From Pirellulales bacterium (GTDB taxonomy: Bacteria > Planctomycetota > Planctomycetia > Pirellulales > PALSA-1355), in NCBI GenBank assembly GCA_963733035.1, contig CAVTBU010000005.1:320001-384000 (forward strand): a stretch of 64,000 nucleotides of DNA. Direction: 5' to 3'. Both the position numbers and the translations under genes were made by a program. Shown here one piece after another: positions 1 to 10,410 of this stretch (positions are counted from its first letter, which is position 1; every line of letters begins with the position of its first letter). The notes below the pieces were generated by a model, which was given only the letters and a program-made list of their open reading frames with translations, was not told the DNA's origin and did not search any database.

Positions 1-1472
1 ACCGGCTCGGGTGCCAGCGGATCGATGGCTGATGCTGGCTCCCGTACGTCGACACTATGCTCGCCTTGCGCCAAATAGGCGAGCGGCCAGTAGAGCCACC
101 ACTCACTGGCCACGATGCGGATCGCGTCCTCGGGTCCACGTTCGGCCAGGATTTTGCCTAAAGCAGCCAACTTCGGCTCGACCTTGGCTGTCCGAAATGC
201 GCGATGCGAGAGTCCCCCACTCCGCTCGATGAACTCGAAGTATCCAAGGTAAAACATGAGCGGGAACAGCCCTCCGACGAGCAACAATCCCCAGGCCGAC
301 GCTCGTGCCCAGGGCCGGGCAGGCTCGATCCACCACTCCAGTCCTCGCGAGAGAACGAGGGCCCCCGGCGCAACCAGGCAAATGCCGTAACGTTCGAGGT
401 GCGGAACGATCGCGCCTGGCCCGGCCACCAGCGCGAATCCCAACAGCATGATCGACCAACCTAGGAGCAAACTAACATCGACAGCGTCTGCGCCGTGCAA
501 GAGCCGTTGCACCAGTCCCCAGGCCCCAATCACCATGGCAAAGCCCAGAATCCAATTGCTCGCCAGCGGCAGCCAGACAAACGGCGCGAGTGCCTCCTTA
601 GCGACCTCCACGCCTGAAATATATTCGTATACCGTCGCACCGCTCAGCAAACGCAAATAGTTCTGGCAAAACTCGCCAAATTCGCTGGGGCCATGTAGTC
701 GAGTCACCAGGGTGGCCAATAACACCCAGGCGATATATACGACAATCGCGCTAATCGTCACGAGCCCGGCCAACGATCCAGGACGCGCGGGCAGGGCCGC
801 TGTTCGCAGGCGCCAAATCAGTTGGTTCCGGCGGGCGTAAATAATCGGCACGACCAGCAGCGGTGTGGCAAAAATGTTCGTGGGGTGAACGATCAGTGCG
901 GCCGCGAGTGCAACCATGGCCCCCAGCGGAAGCGGGCCGGCCGACGAGCGATGGCGCAGCCAGATGAGCGGCAGGTAGAGCACCACCACCGTGGCCAACA
1001 GGCTTTGGCTCGCATCCCAGCCCAGCCGACTGTAGGCGATGTTGATGGGCAGCGCCGCCAACAGCACAGTCGAAACCAAGGCGGTCCGGCAATCGAACGC
1101 CCGCCAACAAAGCCAGTAATTAACGACGAGTGACAGGATGCCACTTACGACTGCAACCGAACGTAGTACGACGAAAGACGGAGAAAAAACCGTGTGCAGA
1201 GCCGCCAACGGCAACAGAAAGAATACATTCACCGGGTTGCCGGTTGGCGTTCTCCAGGCAATGGGTTGCCCGTGTAACAGCCGCATTGCCTGCACGCCGG
1301 ACCAGGCTTCATCGCCGTTGATGCCCGGTAGATTGCCGAGTCTCCATATCCGTAGGAAACAGCACACCGTCAAAAGCAATACCGTTGCCGTCGCCAGCCA
1401 GAGCGATCCGCTGCCGCGCAATGACGTGTCCGGATCAGCAATGGCTCGAGGCGCTTCGCTAGTAGACGGCAT
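1..1472 (-). CDS. GT-C fold membrane glycosyltransferase (ArnT/PMT_2-like), 3' end runs off the window
   Basis: Not in the ORF track. Manual translation from ATG 1472 is open to position 1: MPSTSEAP...FLRIWRLGNLPGINGDEAWSGVQA (TM1 followed by DE motif)...IAYSRLGWDASQ, many hydrophobic helices. Confidence 0.75.
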   Translation of the reverse strand, partial: MPSTSEAPRAIADPDTSLRGSGSLWLATATVLLLTVCCFLRIWRLGNLPGINGDEAWSGVQAMRLLHGQPIAWRTPTGNPVNVFFLLPLAALHTVFSPSFVVLRSVAVVSGILSLVVNYWLCWRAFDCRTALVSTVLLAALPINIAYSRLGWDASQSLLATVVVLYLPLIWLRHRSSAGPLPLGAMVALAAALIVHPTNIFATPLLVVPIIYARRNQLIWRLRTAALPARPGSLAGLVTISAIVVYIAWVLLATLVTRLHGPSEFGEFCQNYLRLLSGATVYEYISGVEVAKEALAPFVWLPLASNWILGFAMVIGAWGLVQRLLHGADAVDVSLLLGWSIMLLGFALVAGPGAIVPHLERYGICLVAPGALVLSRGLEWWIEPARPWARASAWGLLLVGGLFPLMFYLGYFEFIERSGGLSHRAFRTAKVEPKLAALGKILAERGPEDAIRIVASEWWLYWPLAYLAQGEHSVDVREPASAIDPLAPEP

Positions 1473-1759
1473 GGAATACGGAAGGTCGTGTTCGTAGAGA
1501 AATCGGGGCCATCAAAGATAGCCTCGTCCTGCAATGTTCGCCGACGACGCCTTCCGTCGATCCCGGACCGCTGCGCCGCTACATTCGGTACAAGTTGCAT
1601 GGACTAGGAATTTCCCGCGATGAATGCGTTTGGCGGGCCTGCCCAACGTGCAGCATCGAGCTAAGTTTTCTCTGACCGGCACGACCGCTCGCTTTCAAAG
1701 TGCTCTGCCCACCGGCCGGCTTCCCCACCCGTAACAATTGCCACACCTGGAACGTTTGC

Positions 1760-2677
1760 ATGGATTTCCTTGCCACGATCCTCGAACGCCTGTCGGCCAG
1801 CGACCTGTGCGGCTATCAGCCCAAGGCCCCCGCAACGACCGAACCCACCGCGCTCGCCGCACTCGCCTTGTTCGCGCATGGTCGAGACCAAGCCGCCGAG
1901 CCTTTAGTGCAGCGTTTGCTCGAAATGCAGAACAATGACGGCAGCCTCGGAATTGATCGCCTTCAAGCGGAACCGGGCTGGCCCACCGGCTGGGCACTAC
2001 TTGCCTGGCGTGCCGCACAAAAGAGTTCGATCTTTGTCCCCGACTACCTGCGCGCGATCTTGCGCGGCAGAAACTGGATTCTCAACAACGCGGGAGACGT
2101 CGCGGACCCGGCCGGCTGGGGCGGACACGACACGAGCATGCACGGTTGGGCGTGGGTCGTGGGCACGCATTCGTGGGTCGAGCCCACCGCGATCAACTTG
2201 CTGGCACTTAAGCATAACGGCCAAGCGCACCACCGACGCGCTCGGGAAGCCGTCGCGTTGCTTGTCGACCGCTTGCTGCCGGATGGCGGCTGCAACTACG
2301 GCAACACGGTGGTCTTTGGCCAAACGCTCCGCCCCCATCTAGAACCGACAGGGATTGCCCTGCTGGCACTCCGGGAAGAGGAAGATCCCAGTGGCCGCCT
2401 CGACCGTTCCGTCAAATATTTGCAGCGCGAACTGAATGAACGCACCACAACCGCGTCGCTCTGCTACGGCCTGTTGGGCCTCGCGGCTCACGAGGCCTAT
2501 CCACCCGACGCGCCGCGATGGCTGGCGGCCGCCACTGACCGATCACTCAGACGTGACCCGTCGAGCTACAAGCTCGCGCTGATCGCGCTGGCCGCCCTGG
2601 GGTCCGCATGCCCATTGGTCTCCGATGTCTGGTCGCAGAATGAGACCCAATTGAACGAGGGATTGACCACGTCATGA
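1760..2677 (+). CDS. Prenyltransferase/squalene oxidase repeat (alpha/alpha barrel) protein
   Basis: QW-like repeats LLEMQNNDGSLG and LVDRLLPDGGCNYGN; GWAWVVGTHSWVEPT; ATG at 1760; overlaps next gene (ATGA). Confidence 0.7.
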   Translation: MDFLATILERLSASDLCGYQPKAPATTEPTALAALALFAHGRDQAAEPLVQRLLEMQNNDGSLGIDRLQAEPGWPTGWALLAWRAAQKSSIFVPDYLRAILRGRNWILNNAGDVADPAGWGGHDTSMHGWAWVVGTHSWVEPTAINLLALKHNGQAHHRRAREAVALLVDRLLPDGGCNYGNTVVFGQTLRPHLEPTGIALLALREEEDPSGRLDRSVKYLQRELNERTTTASLCYGLLGLAAHEAYPPDAPRWLAAATDRSLRRDPSSYKLALIALAALGSACPLVSDVWSQNETQLNEGLTTS

Positions 2678-3711
2678 CGACCGCCACCGTTCCACCAATC
2701 GAAACCGGCCCCGAAATACAGGTCGACCGCCGCGCGCTTCTCATCGGCGCCGGCTTGGCCGCGGCCGGAGTCATGGCGCTACCGTTCCTGCGGCGGGCCT
2801 GGTACGATTCGGCCTCGGTGTTTGTGGCCCGCAACCAGCGCTATGACGGCCCGCTGGAACAAACCATCCGCGACGGTCTGTTGGCAACTGGCTTCAGCCC
2901 GGCTGCGATTCACGGCCGCAAGGTGCTGCTTAAGCCCAACCTCGTCGAACCAATTCGTAGTTGCCCACAAATGACCACCGATCCGGCGGTCGTCGTGGCC
3001 GCGGCTAATGTATTTCGCAATTGGGGCGCGAGCGTCGTCGTTGGCGAAGGTCCCGGTCACATGCGCGACACGGAAATGGCCCTGGTCGAATCGGGCCTGC
3101 AGGAAGCGCTGGACGACGCACGTTTACCGTTTGTCGACCTGAACTACAGCCAGGTGGGCTGGATGAAGAACGAGGGTCGCGCCACCGAGCTGCCCGGCTT
3201 TTTCTTTCCTCAGCACGTGATTGAAGCCGACTTGATCGTTTCGCTGCCCAAGATGAAAACCCACCACTGGGTTGGCTATACCGGGGCATTGAAGAACCTC
3301 TACGGCGTCATCCCAGGCGTCAAATACGGCTGGCCAAAAAACGTATTGCATTATGCCGGCATCCCCGAGTCGATTTACGACATCAATGCCACGCTTACGA
3401 AAACTGTCTCAATTGTCGACGGCATCCTGGCCATGGAAGGCGATGGTCCCATTATGGGCAGCCCCAAACCGATGGGACTGTTGTTGGTCGGCACGAACAA
3501 CACCGCCGTCGACGCGACGTTGGGCCGCATCATGGGTTTCGAACCAGCGAAAATCTCCTATCTGAAGCTCGCCGCTAACAAGCTTGGCCCCATCGACGAC
3601 TCGCTGATCGAACAGCAGGGTGAACGCTGGCACGACGTGGCCCACCCGTTCCAAATCATCGATGCCCCGCAACTGCAAGGGCTACGCCGCCGTGGCGTCC
3701 AGGTGACATGA
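2674..3711 (+). CDS. DUF362 domain protein with Tat-like N-terminus
   Basis: KVLLKPNLV, VVVGEGPG, ADLIVSLPKMKTHHW, KNLYG, IVDGILAMEGDGP; N-terminal DRRALL plus hydrophobic stretch. Confidence 0.85.
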   Translation: MTTATVPPIETGPEIQVDRRALLIGAGLAAAGVMALPFLRRAWYDSASVFVARNQRYDGPLEQTIRDGLLATGFSPAAIHGRKVLLKPNLVEPIRSCPQMTTDPAVVVAAANVFRNWGASVVVGEGPGHMRDTEMALVESGLQEALDDARLPFVDLNYSQVGWMKNEGRATELPGFFFPQHVIEADLIVSLPKMKTHHWVGYTGALKNLYGVIPGVKYGWPKNVLHYAGIPESIYDINATLTKTVSIVDGILAMEGDGPIMGSPKPMGLLLVGTNNTAVDATLGRIMGFEPAKISYLKLAANKLGPIDDSLIEQQGERWHDVAHPFQIIDAPQLQGLRRRGVQVT

Positions 3712-5858
3712 GTTCGACGGCCAAGTTCAGCCCCGAGCGGCGATTGTCGGCCTGGATTTTGCTGGCCGCCGTCGGATGTTTCGTGGCCTTGGCGACCCCA
3801 TTTTTCGTTGGGCGAGTGTACGTGGCGGACGATCTGGGCGAGTTTCATCTGCCGGTACGTAACTTTTACGCCCAGCAACTCGCTCACGGAGAGCCGTTCG
3901 ACTGGATGCCTAGCCTCTACGGTGGCTTCTACGTCGCAGCCGAAGGCCAGCTCGGAAGCTATCACCCCTGGCACTGGCTACTATATCGCTTTCTACCGCT
4001 CGGTGCGGCATTTAACGTCGAGGTACTCGCCAGCTATCCCCTGCTCTTCGCGGGCACGTTTCTGTTCTTTCGGCGCCTCGTCGGCCGTCGCGATGCTGCA
4101 TTGTTTGGCGCGCTCACCTTCACGTTCAGTGGGTTCTGCTTGCTCCATTTCGTGCATCCGAATGCGATCGCTGTAGTCGCGCATTTGCCATGGATTCTGT
4201 GGGCGATCGACGTGGCTCTCTCGACGTCGAGCAACAAAGCCCGGGCCTGTGCTGAGTTGGCCGTGGGACTGCTCATCGCGTCGCAATTGCTGTTGGGCTA
4301 CCCGCAATTCGTGTGGCTGTCTCTACTGGCCGAGTTCGCCTTAGTGACTTGGCGTCTCTGGCGACATGAAGCGCGTGCGACCGGCATCGCTTGGCTTGCG
4401 GTGGCAGTTGTTGGCGGCGTGCTCGTCGGAGGTCTGCAATGGATCCCCACCTGGCACCTGCTTCGAGAATCAGTGCGACATGCCCCCGACGTGGCATTCG
4501 CCAACACTGGCTCCATGCACTTGCTAAACCTCGTGCAACTTGTCGGACCCTACCTGTTTAAAACCCGTGTCGTCGGCCAAAATACCCACGAACTAGGGCT
4601 CTATGTCGGCGCTGTGCCGCTTGTGTTGTGTGTTTGGCTACTGGCGCATCGCCAGCGGTGGGGAAGTTATCGCCCGCTGATTCGGGGATTGCTTATTTGC
4701 ACGGTCCTCGCGACGCTGCTGGCCGCTGGCGAATTCGGCGGGCTCTATCGACTGCAATCGCTAGTGCCGCTGGCCAATCGGTTTCGCTTCCCATGCCGGG
4801 CGATCGTGCTGGTGCAGCTTTGTGTGGCGGCGCTAGCGGCTGTCGGTGCGGCCTTGCTGTTCGCCCGCACGCAGGCCAGTTCCGTCGTCAGCGATTCCAA
4901 AAGCCGTTGGATCATCTATGTCGTGCTAGCGGCCGTCGCACTTGCGGTCACGGGACCGCTCTTTTGGCCAACCCATGTGGCCGCGCCATTGCTGATTTGG
5001 AGCGGCCCCCTGCTTGTGGGCACTGCCGCGGCATTGGTCGCCCTGACCGAACGTGGCATCCGTGCCGCCGCGGTTTGTCTCGCCCTGTTCACGGCTTTGG
5101 ATCTTAGCATCTACGGGCTGAGCTATTCGGTCTACGGGCGCACAGCCGACCTACATAGCTACGTCGGCCAGATCGCGCTTCCACCACCAGCCAACTCGCT
5201 CCGTGTCGCGGCGCCAGATCCTGGCGGAAATCTGCGCACGGGTGACCGGATGTTGCTGGCCGGCCTGAGTCGCGTCGACGGATATGCCGGATTGGAGCCC
5301 GCAAAACGTCTGGACTACCAGCAGCCGGAGGTACTCGCCCTGGCAGGAGTCGGTTGGATTCTAGAACCGGCACGGGATCGCTGGTGTACGAACCGCAATT
5401 GGCGAGCGATCTCTCCAACGGCGCCGCGCGTGAGGCTCGTCACGCAAACCATTTTGCAACAACCGGACCCTCGCGCCATGGTGCGCGACTGGAACACGGC
5501 AACTGCCGATCCGGCGATTGCGCTCGACGCAACCAACCCCGGCTCGGCCAAAGTCGTTGAAGACCGCCCAGGACGCATTGTCGTTGAAACGACCTGCGAC
5601 GAGGAACAACTGCTGGTCACCACCGAAAGCTTCGATTCCGGCTGGAACGCATCCATCGACGAACGGCCCGTGACGATCATTCGGGTTAATGAAGATTTTC
5701 TGGGTTGTCCGGTGCCGCGAGGGAACCATCGAGTAACGCTGGAATTTCGCCCGTTCGCGCGACGTTTGGGAGCCGCGATTTCCTGCTTTGGGCTAGGTTT
5801 ATTGATGCTGGCCGCGTGTGTTCGCGTGGCCGTTTCGCGACCGACTAGCGCGAACTGA
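3708..5858 (+). CDS. YfhO family membrane protein (GT-C type)
   Basis: DDL motif after TM1, WMPSLYGGF, YHP, ELGLYVG, RFRFPCR; C-terminal LLVTTESFDSGWNASID...VPRGNHRVTLEFRP. Confidence 0.85.
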   Translation: MSSTAKFSPERRLSAWILLAAVGCFVALATPFFVGRVYVADDLGEFHLPVRNFYAQQLAHGEPFDWMPSLYGGFYVAAEGQLGSYHPWHWLLYRFLPLGAAFNVEVLASYPLLFAGTFLFFRRLVGRRDAALFGALTFTFSGFCLLHFVHPNAIAVVAHLPWILWAIDVALSTSSNKARACAELAVGLLIASQLLLGYPQFVWLSLLAEFALVTWRLWRHEARATGIAWLAVAVVGGVLVGGLQWIPTWHLLRESVRHAPDVAFANTGSMHLLNLVQLVGPYLFKTRVVGQNTHELGLYVGAVPLVLCVWLLAHRQRWGSYRPLIRGLLICTVLATLLAAGEFGGLYRLQSLVPLANRFRFPCRAIVLVQLCVAALAAVGAALLFARTQASSVVSDSKSRWIIYVVLAAVALAVTGPLFWPTHVAAPLLIWSGPLLVGTAAALVALTERGIRAAAVCLALFTALDLSIYGLSYSVYGRTADLHSYVGQIALPPPANSLRVAAPDPGGNLRTGDRMLLAGLSRVDGYAGLEPAKRLDYQQPEVLALAGVGWILEPARDRWCTNRNWRAISPTAPRVRLVTQTILQQPDPRAMVRDWNTATADPAIALDATNPGSAKVVEDRPGRIVVETTCDEEQLLVTTESFDSGWNASIDERPVTIIRVNEDFLGCPVPRGNHRVTLEFRPFARRLGAAISCFGLGLLMLAACVRVAVSRPTSAN

Positions 5859-5869
5859 GGACCTTTTTC

Positions 5870-6973
5870 ATGTTGCGACGCTCCCTCCGGGACACGCTGA
5901 TCACAGCCGTCCTGCCAGTCTACAACGAAGCCGCCGTGCTGGCCGAACTGTTTCGCCGCGTGCGCGATGCCATCGAAAAGTCCGGATCGCGACAGGAGAT
6001 TATCTTCGTCGACGACGGCTCCGACGACGGCAGCGAAGAGCTGCTCGATAACCTGGCGGCCGACCATCCGCAAGTACGCGTGATTCACCTGTCGCGCAAC
6101 TTTGGACATCAAGCCGCCGTTCAGGCGGGTCTCGCACACGCGCACGGTGACGTCGTGCTGCTGATGGACAGCGATATGCAGGATGCACCGGAAGCACTCG
6201 AGCGGTTTCTGCTGCAGTGGCAAGCAGGCTACGACGTTGTGTACGCCGTCCGCCGCGATCGGCCCGAGCAGCTTTGGAAGCGGATCCTGTTCGCGGGGTT
6301 CCACCGTACGCTTGCCGCGATTGCCGACACCGCTGTGCCGGTTGGGGCGGGCAACTTCAGCCTTATCGATGCCCGCGTGGTCGAAGCGATCGTCCGCATG
6401 GGAGAACGCGACCGCTACCTGCCGGGCCTGCGGTCCTGGGTCGGTTTTAAGCAGATCGGCATCGACGTGCGCCGATTGCCACGCTACGATAACCGTCCGC
6501 GTGTCTCGCTGCGCGGGCTGTGGAAGCTGGCTAAGACAGCCATCTTTTCGTTTTCGACATTCCCGCTTTTCGTGTTTACGTTGATCGGCTATTCGGCGTT
6601 GGCCGTGTTTCTGGGGCTGAGCGCGTTCTCGCTGTTCTGCAAGCTGTTTACGAACCTGGCAATTCCAGGCTGGACGTCGAACGTGCTGGTGGCCAGCTTC
6701 TTCGGCGCGGTCAATGCCCTGGGCATTAGCATGCTCGGGGAATATGTGGCTCGCATCTACGACCAGGTTCGTGGCCGACCGATGTACCTTGTCGATCGCG
6801 CTGTGAATCTCACGACTGAGCGTGAAACCTCGGGTAGTCTGACTTGCGCCGAAAAGGACCTGGCATATGAGCAGCTTTTGCGGGAAGCAAAGGAACTCGT
6901 GCAAATGGTCGAAGACCACGACGAAAAATACGACTCGCAGCGGTCCTTGCCGACCGGTGCTGTCGAAGGCTGA
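5870..6973 (+). CDS. GT2 polyprenyl-phosphate glycosyltransferase (GtrB/ArnC/YkoT-like)
   Basis: VLPVYNE, VDDGSDD, LSRNFGHQAA, MDSDMQD, two C-terminal TM helices, GEYVARIYDQVRGRP. Confidence 0.92.
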   Translation: MLRRSLRDTLITAVLPVYNEAAVLAELFRRVRDAIEKSGSRQEIIFVDDGSDDGSEELLDNLAADHPQVRVIHLSRNFGHQAAVQAGLAHAHGDVVLLMDSDMQDAPEALERFLLQWQAGYDVVYAVRRDRPEQLWKRILFAGFHRTLAAIADTAVPVGAGNFSLIDARVVEAIVRMGERDRYLPGLRSWVGFKQIGIDVRRLPRYDNRPRVSLRGLWKLAKTAIFSFSTFPLFVFTLIGYSALAVFLGLSAFSLFCKLFTNLAIPGWTSNVLVASFFGAVNALGISMLGEYVARIYDQVRGRPMYLVDRAVNLTTERETSGSLTCAEKDLAYEQLLREAKELVQMVEDHDEKYDSQRSLPTGAVEG

Positions 6974-6994
6974 TCGCCCAGGCGCCCGCGACAG

Positions 6995-8074
6995 CTATGC
7001 CAAGAGCGCGCTTCGTTTCCACGAGGCAGTCCAAGCAGCACGCAGAACCGCAGGTGTCCGCGACGCCGTCAAACATAGCAGCGGTGCGATCTGCGATCCC
7101 CAGTATTGATTGAACTCGTTGCCCACGATGGCAAACGCCAGCGTGTAAGCAGCCACAGTCAAGCCAATCAACCGGCCAGCGGAGCTGTTCCAGGTGGCGG
7201 CTCCCAGCAGCGCACAAGCAAAATAGATGCCCGTCACCCATTGCGGCAATAGCAGCAGGTAGGCGTTCAACTGGGCGGTGGCGACAAGGAAGCCCGCGCC
7301 GCCAAAGCGAATCCAGCCGGCCTCGTGGGCCGTGGCATCGCCACCGATTCGTGGCAACACTTGCTGCGCATGAAGCCAGTAGAACACGCCGTAGGCGACC
7401 AAACCCACCGCCCAGACGCCGATTTCTCGGTAGCGATGCTGGCCAATCGCCAACAACAGGCAGACCACCACGTACGGCGCCGCCAATTCTCGAAAGAAGA
7501 GTGCGGCCAGCCCCACGGCAATCGCGGCCTTGCGACGCTCGAGCCCATAGCAAACGGCCGAGGTGGCGACCAGTACTCCCGACCACAATTCCGAAAGCAG
7601 CACCGGTTCGCCAAGGAAGCATGGCAGCAGCGCCCCACTAAGAAGCACCACGCAAGCCATACCCTGCAACGGCCCCCCTTCATCCGCCAGCAATGTAAAG
7701 GCAAGCAGGACGAGCGTCAGGCCGAGCACGACCAACATGGCGTTGGCCACTAGCATCTCGGGCAATTGCGCCACAAGCCACACCGGCAGGGGCGTGCGCC
7801 AGTTGAAGATGCTTCGCGTGGGATAGCCCCGGACCACAAGTTCCGCCGCGGCGGCGTCGTAATACGACTCTCCGGCATGCATTCTCGCGACTTCCGCCGC
7901 ATAGAGTCCCAAATCCCCCGGTCCACGATCCGGCGCGTCCGCGTACCCTTGAGCGAGAGGCGAAACGGCGATGCCCACGAAAAACGCGGCAGTCAGTAGG
8001 AATAGCGCCAACAGCACACGTGCGTGTGCGCGCTCGCCCACCATTTCAGACGCGTGCCGTACGACCGAAGCCAT
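6995..8074 (-). CDS. Polytopic membrane protein, possibly GT-C type; start uncertain (8044-8113)
   Basis: About 9 TM helices; loop after TM1 GDLGLY...GESYY...GYPTRSIFNWRTP; FFRELA and NQYWG motifs. Confidence 0.55.
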   Translation of the reverse strand: MASVVRHASEMVGERAHARVLLALFLLTAAFFVGIAVSPLAQGYADAPDRGPGDLGLYAAEVARMHAGESYYDAAAAELVVRGYPTRSIFNWRTPLPVWLVAQLPEMLVANAMLVVLGLTLVLLAFTLLADEGGPLQGMACVVLLSGALLPCFLGEPVLLSELWSGVLVATSAVCYGLERRKAAIAVGLAALFFRELAAPYVVVCLLLAIGQHRYREIGVWAVGLVAYGVFYWLHAQQVLPRIGGDATAHEAGWIRFGGAGFLVATAQLNAYLLLLPQWVTGIYFACALLGAATWNSSAGRLIGLTVAAYTLAFAIVGNEFNQYWGSQIAPLLCLTASRTPAVLRAAWTASWKRSALLA

Positions 8075-8218
8075 GCCCATCCAATGCCGAGAAAAGTGCC
8101 TATCAACCAGCACTCAACCCTAGCACCGTGCCTGGGCCCTCCGAAAGGAAGCACGTCCCACAAAGGCGTTCCGAGCGGTTCCCTTGCTGCACTTGCAATC
8201 CCTACAATCGCGCGGACC

Positions 8219-9562
8219 TCACGCCGATTCTTCATCCACGCGATCGAAGAAGGTCACGGCGAACAGGACCATCACCACCGCGGCAGCCGCCGCCGGAACA
8301 AGCCAGAACTGCCGCCAATCGACGTTGCCGTCGGTCGCGGTAAAGTAGTCCTTCGTAAGGCCAGCCAGCCAAGTCCCGACAAACCCGCCAACACCCAGAG
8401 TTATGAGGGTTATGAAACCTTGGGCCGACGCTCGGATCGCTGTCGGCGCCTTCTTATCGACGTAGATGTAACCAGTTACGAAAAAGAAGTCGTAACAAAT
8501 GCCATGAAGTGCAATGCCGATGTAGATCATCCACATGCCATCCTGGGCGTCCCCGTAGGCAAAAAGCACGTAGCGAACGGCCCAGCAAAGCATGCCGACC
8601 AACAACATCCACTTGACGCCCAATCGCGCGAAAAAGAACGGCATGACCAGCATGAAGAAAATCTCGGACATCTGCCCGTACGTCATTTTGGCGACCGCGT
8701 TGGTAACGCCAATCTCGTTGAGAAAAGGATTCGTGAAGGTGTAATAGAACTGGAGTGGAATACAGATCAGGAACGACCCAATGACAAAGACTAAAAATGA
8801 CCATTTCTTGAGCAAACTCAATGCGTCAAGACCTAGCACATCGCTCACGCTCATTCGCCGGCCGGCTTTTGGCGGCGGCGTATGCGGCAGTGCGAGACAG
8901 AATAGTCCAAGTGCCGCGGATGCGACAGCAGCGATCAAAAGGGGCACTCTCGTGGGTTCGATGGAGCTTTGCCCTGCTGCCAGCTCCCACCATGGCAACC
9001 GGAACACAAACTTTAAAACTTCGCCTTCGTAAACCAGGCACCCAATCAACAGCCCGGCGACAATCCACCCAATTGTCCCCAGCACGCGAACTCCCGGGAA
9101 TTGTTTCTCCGGACTCGACATAGCGCTGAACGACAACGAATTGGTCAGCGCAAGCGTCGGCATGTAACAAATAAAATATAGTAACAACAACGGGTAGAAC
9201 GAGGAAAACTCCGATACCTGCGATATGGCATACAGCAGGCCGGCACCAACAATATGCAGCACGGTCAAGATGTGCTGTGTCGCAAAAAAACGGTCGGCGA
9301 TCATACCTACGATAAAAGGCGCGATGATTGCACCCAGCGCTGATGTGCCATATGCCAATCCCACCTGCTGTCCCGTGAAACCGATCTTTCCCAAATAGGT
9401 ACCCAGCGTGACGAAAAACGCGCCCCAGGTGAAGTACTGCAGGAACATCATGATGGACAGCCTGGTCCGAACGCTCATTTCCAGCGGTATGACGCCAACT
9501 TCACCGGTTCGGGCCATCATCTCGCTCGCGGGATGCTCGGACTCGTGAGACGGGGTCGACAT
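8219..9562 (-). CDS. MFS nucleoside:H+ symporter (NupG/XapB family)
   Basis: LSIMMFLQYFTWG, GMIADRFF, FPGVRVLGTIGWI, GQMSEIFFM, HGICYDFFFV; GAGGAG RBS. Confidence 0.9.
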   Translation of the reverse strand: MSTPSHESEHPASEMMARTGEVGVIPLEMSVRTRLSIMMFLQYFTWGAFFVTLGTYLGKIGFTGQQVGLAYGTSALGAIIAPFIVGMIADRFFATQHILTVLHIVGAGLLYAISQVSEFSSFYPLLLLYFICYMPTLALTNSLSFSAMSSPEKQFPGVRVLGTIGWIVAGLLIGCLVYEGEVLKFVFRLPWWELAAGQSSIEPTRVPLLIAAVASAALGLFCLALPHTPPPKAGRRMSVSDVLGLDALSLLKKWSFLVFVIGSFLICIPLQFYYTFTNPFLNEIGVTNAVAKMTYGQMSEIFFMLVMPFFFARLGVKWMLLVGMLCWAVRYVLFAYGDAQDGMWMIYIGIALHGICYDFFFVTGYIYVDKKAPTAIRASAQGFITLITLGVGGFVGTWLAGLTKDYFTATDGNVDWRQFWLVPAAAAAVVMVLFAVTFFDRVDEESA

Positions 9563-9653
9563 CGGCAAGGGCTCCTCGCGTCGGGCTTTGGGCAGACTGG
9601 AAAGCGGTCATTCTAGTAGCTCGCGAGTGCCGACGAAAGCACCCCGCGCTGAT

Positions 9654-9669
9654 CGGCACAACCGTTGCC
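9654..9669 (+). promoter_or_regulatory. Possible sigma-54 promoter
   Basis: CGGCACA-ACCG-TTGCC with GG-N10-GC spacing, about 130 bp upstream of ATG 9798. Confidence 0.4.
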
Positions 9670-9797
9670 GCCGCACGTGCGAGCCACTCGGTGGAACCAG
9701 GTTTTGCCTCGTTTGCGATGCCGAACTAGGCTTTCGTGGCGGGCGACGGTCAACCCGGCGTCCACCGTTGCTTCAGCTTAATCCGAGGCCCCATCTG

Positions 9798-10410
9798 ATG
9801 GTACCTTCAGCCCTACTTGAACCTGCCGACAATCCCTACCGCTCGAAAATGAACTGGGACTCGCCGACCACGCGCGGTGGGTATACCGATGCCGACCTGA
9901 TCGAACTGCGGGCATTCGTCGGCTCCAACGTCGAGCACTTCCTCCGCAAATGGCTGCCGCGGCTCGAGGACCCACAGCATGGCGACGTCGGCTTCAGTTG
10001 GATCTGCCTGTTTTTCCCTTATTTGTGGTTCGGCTATCGCAGGATGTACAAGGTGGGATTGCTGCTGACGGGCACTAGTTGCCTGGTTCTCGTTCTACAG
10101 CAAATCGTATTTCTCAATAATTCTCGAACTTGAAGCCGCTCCGCAGGGGGCGAGTTTCATTTTCTCCCTGATGATCAACTTTGTGTGCGGGCTATACGGA
10201 AACGCCTGGTATTTGAGCCACGCCGAAGGAGCCATCGCCCGAGCCCGGCAAGAAGGGCTCGTCGGCGACCAACTTCTCATGACACTCATGCGGCGAGGCG
10301 GCACAAGTTGGCTGGGACTATTTGGAATGTGGCTGCTTACCGGTCTGGTGGGTGCCTTTACCGCGATATTCCTCCTCGTGCTGCAGCTTTCGCCCGTCGT
10401 CGCGTTTTGA
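9798..10410 (+). CDS. DUF2628-like membrane protein, frameshifted near 10115
   Basis: AFVGSNVEHF..KW, FSWICLFFPYLWFGYRRMY in ORF 9588-10133; continues in the +1 frame to CGLYGNAWY...RGGTSW (10171-10410). Confidence 0.7.

Noticed and set aside
5315..6919. 534-aa antisense ORF
   Set aside because: Shadow of the YfhO and GT2 genes; no motifs; long antisense frames are expected in GC-rich DNA
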